From Tubiluchus corallicola (taxonomy: Eukaryota > Animalia > Priapulida): 64,000 nucleotides of DNA. The stretch lies in the NCBI GenBank assembly GCA_030141605.1, contig JAQGDQ010000463.1, positions 117,141 through 181,140 of the forward strand, written 5' to 3'. The translations under genes and the position numbers were made by a program. The notes beneath the pieces were generated by a model, which saw only the letters and a list, made by a program, of their open reading frames with translations, was not told where the DNA came from and searched no databases. How positions within the stretch are numbered: the stretch's first letter is position 1; every line of letters begins with the position of its first letter. Positions 52,740-64,000 of the stretch are shown here, one piece after another.

Positions 52740-52975
52740 CTATGATTTAATTAATATGGCCGTGTGTATATGAATTCTGAAAAAGTACTGGTGTGATGGT
52801 ATTTCATATCTGGTTAATATTAGTGATTTTAATTTTGTTTTAAATGCTGATAGGGACTTGATTTGTTTAACCTGTAATGGTAGAGAATTCCAAAGTTAAA
52901 TTGGTTGTTTGATTACAGAGTTCGTTCCATAGTGGGTATTTGTCCTAATTTGTTTTAGATTGCTTGTTCTGTAAT
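52740..52975 (-). mobile_element. LINE 3'-end remnant (mirrored at about 57060-57300 on +), next to an (AT)n tract
   Basis: LWNSLPLQVKQIKSLSAFKTKLKSL. Confidence 0.6.
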
Positions 52976-55527
52976 TAACGATAGGATTCTACCGTTAATA
53001 ACCTTAACGTTATTATTAACGATTATTAACGATTCTATCGTTAATAATCTTAACTAGCTGATAAGTTTCTTACTTCTTTAAGGGTACTTGGCAATTTTGG
53101 TCCCAGTACTCAATAAGTTTTATATTCGTTCCTCCGCATCAAACAGCTCTGTCAACACCTTCATCAGAAATGCTTTTGCAGCATTCATTGTGTTAAAATG
53201 TGTATTAATTGTGTATACTTATCGGATTTGAAAATGGGGTTGTATATGAAAAATCATCCTGTCTTCTTTAAGAAATTCCAGATACTGTAGTCACAAGAAT
53301 TAAGTCCCACTTTTCTTGACAATGAATTTTTACCAATGATTTATTTTATGAGGTGAAGACTGTGATGTAAATTGGTTGATTTCTTATTGTTTTGCTATTA
53401 TGTATTGTATGTCAACGCGAAAATGATTTTTCACTTGATGATTAACTGACATTATTCCGGCATTTAAATTTTTAAAATGCGGAATCTTTTAGGCTATAAC
53501 TTAATTTTTTATTTATTTTTTATTTATATTTTTATTAATCCATTTAGCATTACAATACATAATTTTTGTATTGCACATTATTATTACAGCACTTTGTCAA
53601 TAATTTAACAAAAATACTGCAGCATTTTTAAGGAAATATAACTTATATACTAATAATGGGTTTTCGATACGTGTTTTCGTTTTTTTAATTTAGTGTTTTA
53701 GTTTTCAGGCAATTTCTAATACATTGTAATACCATGTACACTGTGAAATTTTCACTTGCTTCTAGTATTATTGTAGTCTAAATTTCGCTACATTTCTTCT
53801 GCATCCCCCTTTATACATGCTCATTTACTGCTTAACATTTCTTGAAACTACGAAGCTTTTAATAGTTAAATAATTTCGTTTTGCCTGATGTTTTCGATTC
53901 AACTACTTTTAAAGTGCGTCTACTGCCTGTTGATAAAACAAAATTAAATTTTAGTTTCAATTTATAGTATAATTTGGCATGTTTGGAATATATAGAATAC
54001 GTACGTCAGTAATTTATAGGTCTATGTATGCATTACAAAGATGTCGTGCTCAAAGAGTTGTAAAGACACAGTTTCAATAAATGCATCAAAACTGGAAAAA
54101 AATCTGTTCAGATCTCTCGAGAATCTTGCTGTTTTGACAAAACATTAGCTGAAATTTTGTCAAAAGAAAGTCTACAATGAATTCAATGAATAGTTGAATT
54201 TGGTAATATCAAAATGAAATCTGTAATTTCTAATTCGTATGACATATTTTGTGCACTTGGTGAGAATCAACTGTGTATAACCATATTTATTTGGCTTTTT
54301 TCACATAAAAACCATTTCACAGAAAAATAACCGCAGAAAAAACATTTCCCAGAAAGATTTTTTGACAGAAAAGTCTCTACCAGTTTTCAATTGTTAGGAA
54401 AACATCTTCGATTTCTCTTTCTTTGTTTGCTCCTCCCTCTTTACCTCCCTACCTTCCTTCACTCTCTTATCCCTTACTCCTCCCCCTCTCTCTCTTTCTC
54501 TCTCTTATTCTCTCTCCTTCCCCTTCTTTCCTCCCACCCTATCCTCTTTCCCTATCCTCTTTCTTTTTTCCCATTCTTTCTCTCTCTCGCCCCTCTATAC
54601 ATTTCGTTCTTTCTCTTTTGCTTTCCTTCATTATCTACAGCGCTTTGACTACTGACTACAAAAATCAGAATACTTTAAAATGACACGATGTTTTAGGTGT
54701 CAACCTTGCTTTCTTAATTTTGTTTTGGAAAAATATTTGCTTTGAAACTTCGTTGCTACAATTTAAAATTGTTTCTAGGATGAAATTACTTTCCGTCATA
54801 TAATCACTTCAAATTCAATTGATTTTCATAGGTTTTGAAATACATTTTAATAAATAATAATGATAAAAAATGAAAACACCAAGGCTTTGCGGACCACAGA
54901 GATTTGTTAATATATTGGGTAAACATTTGGCCAATAAATTAAGCTCCTTCGGAAGATTTTTTACAGGTTTTTTTTATGGCAGGACCGAATTCTAGTTCAT
55001 TATCAAGATCCTCTGAGATGAAACAGTGAACAGGCAGCGATATTACATTCACATTCGGATGCATGCACATCTTCTCTAAGCATCAAGAAATAAACGAAAT
55101 AAAACGGAATCACAGTAAAAGTAACTGCATGCTCAAAAGTAATTCCTAAGCGGTCTCCCAACAAATCATTTGCCAGGCTTGGCATTGCTTAATTTTAGGA
55201 GCAGATAACACGTCATGATTATTCAGTATTGCGTATATGCAAAGATCAACATGATTCGCTACCTAATCGTACTGATGTTACAAATCTACTTTCTTGCTTT
55301 AACGAGTTGAACTTTTTTGATTACATGATTTATGTTAATCAATACGCGTAGTTAAAATACTTTTTTCTGCATTATCTAAGAGGATTTATTACATTTTCCG
55401 TGAATTTTATTTTCCATGAAATGACGGTTCGGGTAAAAACTTTTCTGGCAAATATATTTTCTGGGAATTTTTTCCTGGGATTTAAATTTTTCCGGTAAAG
55501 ACGTTTTTTGTGAAGTTTTTGTCGGGG

Positions 55528-57483
55528 GAAGGGAAGGAGAGAGAATAAGAGAGATAAAGAGAGAGAGGGGGGAGGAGTAAGGGATAAGAGAGTGAAGGAA
55601 GGTAGGGAGGTAAAGAGGGAGGAGCAAACAAAGAAAAAGAAATCGAAGGTGTTTTCCTAACAATTGAAGACTGGTCGAGACTTTGCTGTCAAAAAATCTT
55701 TCTGGGAAATGTTTTTTCTGCGGTTATTTTTCTGTGAAATGGTTTTTATGTGAAAAAAGCCAAATAAATATGGTTATACACAGTTGATTCTCACCAAGTG
55801 CACAAAATATGTCATACGAATTAGAAATTACAGATTTCATTTTGATATTACCAAATTCAACTATTCATTAAATTCATTGTAGACTTTCTTTTGACAAAAT
55901 TTCAGCTAATGTCAGCAAGATTCTCGAGAGATTTGAACAGATTTTTTTCCAGTTTTGATGCATTTATAGAAACTGTGTCTTTACAACTCTTTGAGCACGA
56001 CATCTTTGTAATGCATACATAGGGCTATAAATTACTGACGTACGTATTCTATATATTCCAAACATGCCAAATTATACTATAAATTGAAACTAAAATTTGA
56101 TTTTGTTTTATCAACAGGCAGTAGACGCACATTAAAAGTAGTTAAATCGAAAACATCAGGCAAAACGAAATTATTTAACTATTAAAAGCTTCGTAGCTTC
56201 GTAGAAATGTTAAGCAGTAAATGAGCATGTATAAAGGGGGATGTAGAAGAAATGTAGCGAAATTTAGACTACAATAATACTAGAAGCAAGTGAAAATTTC
56301 ACAGTGTACATGGTATTACAATGTATTAGAAATTGCCTGAAAACTAAAACACTAAATTAAAAAACGAAAACACGTATCGAAAACCCATTATTAGTATATA
56401 AGTTATATTTCCTTAAAAATGCTGCAGTATTTTTGTTAAATTATTGACAAAGTGCTGTAATAATAATGTGCAATACAAAAATTATGTATTGTAATGCTAA
56501 ATGGATTAATAAAAATATAAATAAAAAATAAATAAAAAATTAAGTTATCGCCTAAAAGATTCCGCATTTTAAAAATTTAAATGCCGGAATAATGTCAGTT
56601 AATCATCAAGTGAAAAATCATTTTCGCGTTGACATACAATACATAATAGCAAAACAATAAGAAATCAACCAATTTACATCAGTCTTCACATCATAAAATA
56701 AATCATTGGTAAAAATGCATTGTCAAGAAAAATGGGACTTAATTCTTGTGACTACAGTATCTGGAATTTCTTGGACAGGATGATTTTTCATATACAACCC
56801 CATTTTCAAATCCGATAAAAAGTATACACAATTAATACACATTTTAACACAATGAATGCTGCAAAAGCATTTCTGATGAAAGTGTTGACAGAGCTGTTTG
56901 AGGCGGAGGAACGAATATAAAACTTATTGAGTACTGGGACCAAAATTGCCAAGTACCCTTAAAGAAGTAAGAAACTTATCAGCTAGTTAAGATTATTAAC
57001 GATAGAATCGTTAATAATCGTTAATAATAACGTTAAGGTTATTAACGGTAGAATCCTATCGTTAATTACAGAACAAGCAATCTAAAACAAATTAGGACAA
57101 ATACCCACTATGGAACGAACTCTGTAATCAAACAACCAATTTAACTTTGGAATTCTCTACCATTACAGGTTAAACAAATCAAGTCCCTATCAGCATTTAA
57201 AACAAAATTAAAATCACTAATATTAACCAGATATGAAATACCATCACACCAGTACTTTTTCAGAATTCATATACACACGGCCATATTAATTAAATCATAG
57301 TTTTTTTAATTTTTTTGTGTATGGTTGTAAATATGTTTGATTTTATTCGTCATTACTGCACAGTAGTTTAGATTGCACTGACGCATTTGCCTTCAGCAGT
57401 GTAAGTTTTTATTAACTAACACTGATTGATTATCTCTGTAAAGTTTTTATCAGTGATTATCAATGTTTTAATGGCAAATAAAG

Positions 57484-57545
<62 letters not shown>

Positions 57546-60500
57546 CTGTTGATGAAAGGGCACTGTAGCTTCAGTATCAAAAGAAACCGAGAAAGCTTTT
57601 TTGTCTAGCTTGTTTTGAACATAGCGGACAGGTATAGGACGTGCTGTAAATTTTAACAATAGCGACAAACGAAATACTTTTTGGCATTTACATTTTTGAA
57701 TTGCTAATTTAAAACTTCTGTATCTTTGAAAAATTCTAAGAGAACGACCTAAAATTTCTGATGTTTACACATAATCGTTCGCAACATCAGCATGGTGATT
57801 TCAAGCGATTTCGTTTTTTTCTTTTTGTACTATCGTTATCAAAACTGCGGCATCTATTTTGGCCAACTGATTCAATGTGAACGCTTAGACACAGAGTAAA
57901 GAAAAATAGTTACCTGCATTAGCAGTATAACCCACGCTATTGAACTTCAGCACCTTGTTTTAAATATACATGTGTTAAACTTAAATATCATCAAAACGCT
58001 GAAAGCTTCAAAGCAAAAAAAGTTTGAAAAATCACCAAAATGAAAAGACAAACCAAGATAACAATGATATAAAGTATATTTATCTTTTTTTCCAACGTAT
58101 AATATAAACTCAATAACCCAAAGCTGCATATCAGAATTAAGCGCTTGCGTCTGCCACATTGCACCTACCAAAATTATTTTCTTCGCTGTAAGTAATAAGA
58201 TATAAAGTGTACTCACGTTTACTCAGGTTGCACTTGTTTACTCAAATGTTGGCATTTGGTCACGAACTGCTAACGTTGTGATAATGGTAGTAAATTGAAG
58301 ATAACATTCGCGTGCTATAGGCTTTTATAGTGGGAATGGCTTCGGACCGGTCCATTTCAAACAAACAAAAACTTGGCGTCGTTGTCCACGTTCAGGTTCC
58401 TTGTAAAATTTGTGTACAAGAGTATTCCATGCAGTTTCTTATGCTCCGTATACCTGTATAGTAAGCCTGTAGTAGTACAGTCATTCAGTACCTAAAGTAT
58501 TAAGCAACAACCAGCTGTAATTACACAGCTATAATAATACAGTATCGTGTGTTTTCTACTTTGTCACGGGGTTCGTTTTTCATTCTGTCTTTTCTTTCTT
58601 TCTCCCCCTTTCTCTCTCTCACTCACCCTTTCTATAATAATAATTATAACTGGCAAAGGCCCCGCAAAAAATTTTGCGTATAAATCCACGTATAATCAAT
58701 AATACGCGAACATCCTACCAAGCCTCATTTATAACACAAAGCCCGTAACATCCTGCCTACTGTTTGTCTGTTTATCTAACGCAAAGCCTGTAGCAGCTTT
58801 TTGCTGAATTAAAGCAATAAGCTTATAGACAGAGTACAATGGATGACGTCAGAACAATGGCATTGCTAAAAATAGAACATGTAATTAACTCGTCAACACT
58901 CCTCTTGGTGGACCTGTCCTAAAATATAACCCACATCATCGTGTAGCCCCGTTCTTCCTCTTTCTAAAGAGCTATATACCTCCTTCCGAGAGTCCCACCA
59001 GGCGCCGCTAGAACATTTTTTCTGCAGGCTCTTTGGCCAAAATTTCGAAAAAATCGCGAGTTGGGTCCGGGAAAACGCCCGTTACGGGACGCGAAATTTT
59101 TTTTTGCAACCGAGTTCCGGACAGAATATTTCCCTCATTAGCATTAACCAATCAGATTCCTCAAACAGCCATGACTACACACATGTAAACAATATCAGGC
59201 GTTCGTCAACCACGTGCACATGTTTACGTAACATCGGGCACTCACTTCTGTGCACTGTTGCCTGTTAATTGAACAGGGTAAGCCATGCTGTCAGTCCTTG
59301 TGCGCGGTTGGAAAAGAAGGCTAGAAAATGTAGATTTATTTGGAACTAATACAAACTAGTCCTTGGGTAATTTTGGGGTGCTCTTTTTCAGGATATACTG
59401 CACCAAACCGCAGTTCATTGCCTTTCGCAATGTTCCATGGTCCAATAAGACTAAGAGGCCACAGTATACTGTTAGTGAGGGATCAGGGAAATAATACAGT
59501 CAGATTCGCCTGGTTAGACTAATGGTACTAACCCTTAAATGCAGTACTGCTGTAAAGTCCCTCAGGAGAGATCACGACTCTCAAGATGGCATTTGAAAAG
59601 TCACAATCTCTCCTATGGGACTATAGTAAGTGTTCAAACGCTTGCACCTCTGACTGACGTATATAGGATAGTTGACTTTGTGACAGAGGGTCTAGTCTAC
59701 CAACATCACCAGCTACAGCTACACCAAGCTAACCATTGTCGGCTCCACAAGCACTTTCATGTTGTTACCAACATTTATTCACTGCTTTTTATTAACATGG
59801 CTGCTTTTAACATCCAAACGTAAGCAGCTCTCTACCTGAAATAACTTTTCTAGGTCACTGTTCTGGCTTCCACTCACTATACATGTAGACTATCAAGGTG
59901 TATCTGTATGGCATATCTAAAACTACATCTCCACGCAGGTGTGCAAAACAAGTGAAGTTTATACGAGGAAACATATTTCTTGGTTTTAACGTATTGAATA
60001 TTCATCCATAATTATCATCCATTCTGTAATTCAATCACTAACAGGAAGTTACTTGGTACAAAGGAAAATAAAGGCTTGGGCTACCCCCATTAACTAAATT
60101 AAACATGGATCTGCCTTCACTTAGCTTAACTAAAAGCTCAGAGGATAATTCTTTGTGGAAGCATCAAAAGCATGTCCACAACTTATTAATTTTTGCTGTC
60201 AGTCAGCCTACAGTGGATCTGATCAGACGTCGCTGCAGCCAATGTCAGTGTAAAATGCGGTATTGGTGGTTATGTAAACAGTAAAGCCTGTATTGTACAG
60301 AAATGCACAAGTGTGAGTTAGTATGGCAATGTGTACGAAAACTACTAGCTGTCTATGCCTTGTGATGTTGATGACACTAAAGGATCCAACAAATTGCATT
60401 ACTATGTATTTATAAATGCGTTTTTATTGCACACTTCACATTTGCTAGCCTTTGTAAATTAATTTTACAGTTAAATTTAACCCATATTTCTTGGTGTTAC

Positions 60501-63500
60501 AAAAAAAGTTGTTGGGCATGCAGCATGCAGAACAAAAAGTCATTATTAGCTGTATAAAAACAATGAGTCACTCAGCGGTTTAGCACCCAGTTTAAAAAGT
60601 AACGTACAATGGCAGCTGATTCTTGAGATGTTTCATCAAGGGAGACACACAGAAATTTTGTGCAAACAAAACTGACTGGCTTTTTTGAATTTCATTAACT
60701 TTACTTCACGTACATTTACAACTGAATGTGTACACGTAATTTAATATGAAACATTCATTAACTTTAGTTTATTGAAGAAACATAAAATACTTTTCATTGA
60801 ATTGGAATACATTGCAAAGTGCTTGATACTCGATAGCATCTTCTAAAAGTACTTTATAGCCTCTGTGAAGCCAAACAGTGTATATTATTAATACACTTTT
60901 AAAAATAATACGGTTGTCAATCTAGTAGTCATATACACTTCAGCCATGTACAGTACTTTTTTCTGGGTTCCTAGCAGGATCGCTATAATGACGTTATACA
61001 GTATAATTCTGATGCTCGCACTAAAAGAAATTCCATGTTTACATTTTAAATTCATCTGCTGAGTTATCCTAGCCCGAAGAATATCACTGGATAAGTATGA
61101 CATTTCAGATGAACTTCACTTACTTGAAGCTAATGTATAAAGCAATAGAACATGTTGCAACTGATCAGTGTGGTACACTGCATGGATGTATAAGTAAAAC
61201 GTTTAACACAGCAAATACTAAAAAATCCGTTACTTATTGGATGCCTGAGCTTCGAGAAAATTTCAGTTTGTATGTAAAGCCAGGTAAAGTGTAGCATCTG
61301 CTATCCAAACGATCTACTAACATGTTACTATAACAAATCATAGCGCAAAAAAAATTGCGCACGTCTATCTTAAAGAAATCTGCAAACTGCCAAAGTTTGG
61401 CACAGTATTGAAAATTTAAAATATGCAAATATGAGTTCTTCATTTGCATAAAATTACGACAAAACAGTGTACATCCGTTTCATAATGTGCGTTTTTTTGA
61501 AAGTTGCATTAAGTTTCACTTTTCTTGTCCTTTAACACACAAGGGTATTAAAGTATAATGTCACTCATGCTCGCAAAAAACTGGAAGACACTTTAACAAT
61601 ATCGTTTTCCTGTAGTAGAGCTACACTCAAAGACAGCATAGTGTTTTCTGACGCTTGCCCGTTATGCACAAAATATAAATCACAAAAAAAGCTTCTTGTA
61701 AGTTGCAGCCAAAATAGAATGCTGCAATCAGTCTTGTTCTACTTAGTAGAATGCGTCTTGCCAAGTGTTTGGTTACATTCTACACATGCAGAGAGTCTGT
61801 GTGGTGCTTTATATTTTGGCATTACCTGCAAGGAAAATGGGGTGACAGAAGATGACTAGACATTTGTATGGCATGGTCGCCCAGATCCAATCCTATTGCG
61901 GCCTCCACCAACCATTTTCCTGCGTGCCCTTGCAGTAGGTTGGACACCAATGGACTTTGCACCAACAAGCACTCTCTTTTTTTCTTGTTTCCAACAGCTT
62001 CAGCAACTCTAGCACACTTCCCAAAGCAATGAAGGGCAGATGCCAAGGCAGAGTATGTGGACAATTTCTGTGATTGCTTGACAAATGTTCGTATTGGTTT
62101 GACCAGAAACTCTTTGTTCGAAATGTACCTTCCTTTCAGGATTTCAAATGCACCATCAAGCTCCTCAATGACAGGATCAACCTTTTCCTTGTCAACCACT
62201 TGATTGCTTCCCTGTGCACATGACTGTTCTGCACTGCTGTTCCCCTCATCTTGCTTGTCTTGCTGCACTGCCATGTCATGATCTGCTGCATCATGAACCT
62301 GGAATGTGGGAGTGAGCATGGTTGGGGAAGTGGTGGTAGAAGGCTGCAGAGACTGAAACCAACTGTCTGGGAGATTGGTAGCATCTCCTCCTGTGGCGAC
62401 CTTGTACAACAAGCAATGCATCGCTGGATCGTGTACTGGTATGAAGTTCCAGGTCGACAAACCAAACTTCTTGACCACCAGAAATTGGTGCTTGCAGGGA
62501 CCTCCTGTAACGAAAAGAGTAATGTGAATATCATAAATGTGAATCATCACAAAATTGCACTTGCACATAAAAAGTTGACATGAAAAGAATTTCCTTATCT
62601 GTTATTTTCTTCAATTGCTAGCAAGATAAAAGTGTTAACATCTTTTTGGACCACCCTGTATTTACAAAAAGTATTTACCTGTATTTCCCATCTTGCAAGA
62701 GCACATTCCAACATCCATATCGACTGAGTACATCACACTTGGGTCCTTCTCACTGGGCACTTCATACACACTAACAGCAACATTTCTGATGAGACTGTGG
62801 TCAATTTTTGAGCAAGAGTTCACATTCACCAGGAAGCGAGAATGAAGAGCACGGTCCAACCGGTTGTTGGCAATGTCAAGCAATCTTCGCTCGTAGTATG
62901 CCTAAAGCCGTGAGATGACAAAATCAACCAACTGAACAACATTGTAGGCCTTTGTACGCTGTAGGATCTGATCTTTCAAAATTCTCATTCCCGCTTCAGC
63001 ATAATTATTCGTGTTGTTCCTACGGATAGGAAGGTTTGAGCGATAGCACAGAGCCCATGATTTTTTCCGGCCCATAATACTATCCAAGTGCTTTTGAACC
63101 TTTTCATATCGCTGAAGTGTCTGGTCTCCCTGAGCTTCCTCATAAGCCACATCCAGTTGCTCAACTGTGTCACAGTAGACCAGTTTCTTAAGGAACCAAA
63201 GAAGTTTAGGACGGTCCTCTTTTTTTACACCGTTCTTGGACTCCCATAAGAAGCGCCAGAATGCTTGTAAAATGTGAAAAACACATAGCAGGAGTGTTGA
63301 ACTAGGATAAACCTCCTGCAGTGCCTGCTGTTCTGCTTGACTGTCATCAGTCATTATCACTTCTGCTCCCTGGCACCCCCAACCAAAGTATGATGCCTGA
63401 CTGAGTAGGGCATTGTAACAGCGAAGGCCCGCTGTGATTGTTGCCTTACTTTCAGATTTTGTAATCAGCACTCCTAGTGGTACTAACCCTTCTACGCTAT

Positions 63501-64000
63501 GTGTAAGTATTAGGAACACACGGCATCCTTGCCTGTCCATATTTCCGGATGAATCTATGAACATAATTTCAGCGGCGGATTTGATGGAGTCATGTACACG
63601 CTTCATAAGCGGCGTAACAATGGCAATGGCTGCTTGGTTTTCTTGTGTAGTAGTCATGTCCAAACATCTTTCGCTAAATCTTCCGTTTAATTCAGCGAGT
63701 TTGTTTTCAAGCTGCGAGAAAACCATTCCCCCACTTGGCTCACCATATTCCTTCTTGAAACTAGCATAGTACAACCTAAAAAAGCAGAAAACACAAAAGG
63801 TCAGAACCTGAAGAAGTGTCAGAAACATGACAAAAGAACTTTGAAAATTGAGGCGACATTTTTTTGATACATTCATTACTGAGCAAGCTGCAATCATGTC
63901 CAATTCCTACTTTCAGTTGAAAAATGTCTGTTGTCAAAATAAGAACTGGTAGCGGAGTGAAGTCACATGAGGTACAACACATTTCTTGATTCAGCTCTAG
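55528..64000 (-). repeat. Right arm of large inverted repeat (runs off the window)
   Basis: Reverse complement of 46036-54525 with scattered substitutions and small indels; spacer 54526-55527. Confidence 0.95.
59091..64000 (-). mobile_element. Mutator-like element copy M3 (inverted, defective, 5' part outside the window)
   Basis: TIR at 59091 preceded by TTACGGGAC, the reverse complement of the M2 TSD. Transposase exons 5-6 at 63775-61739 carry a TAG at 62902-62904 and a frameshift in the KKKR A-run. Confidence 0.92.

Larger units (their letters stand above)
46036..54525 (+). repeat. Left arm of large inverted repeat (part that can be paired within the window)
   Basis: Mirrored ORFs have near-constant coordinate sums of about 110040 (46136/63903, 48743/61294, 51830/58216, 54391/55663). 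Confidence 0.95.

Overview
AT-rich, intron-containing animal (probably invertebrate) DNA dominated by transposable elements. 1-10.6 kb holds decayed Penelope, LINE and BEL/Pao fragments. 10.7-20.2 kb is a cluster of four THAP/P-superfamily elements; target-site duplications (TSDs) show three of them landed on or inside the terminal repeat of another copy. An LTR-retrotransposon 5' end (20.2-21.2 kb) is interrupted by a defective Mutator (MULE) copy. 30.4-30.6 kb holds an orphan heme-peroxidase exon whose splice donor is tandemly amplified. 31.5-41.6 kb (minus strand) holds a 7-exon secreted pentraxin/LamG-like gene (about 325 aa) with an Arg/His/Pro tail. A complete 7.4-kb MULE (43575-50953, 9-bp TSD) encodes an intact 6-exon, 851-aa DDE/SWIM transposase. 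It lies in the left arm of a large palindrome (arms of at least 8.4 kb, 1-kb spacer centred near 55025) whose right arm carries a defective, mosaic copy and runs off the window. All gene models and family assignments were made by eye and are not database-confirmed.
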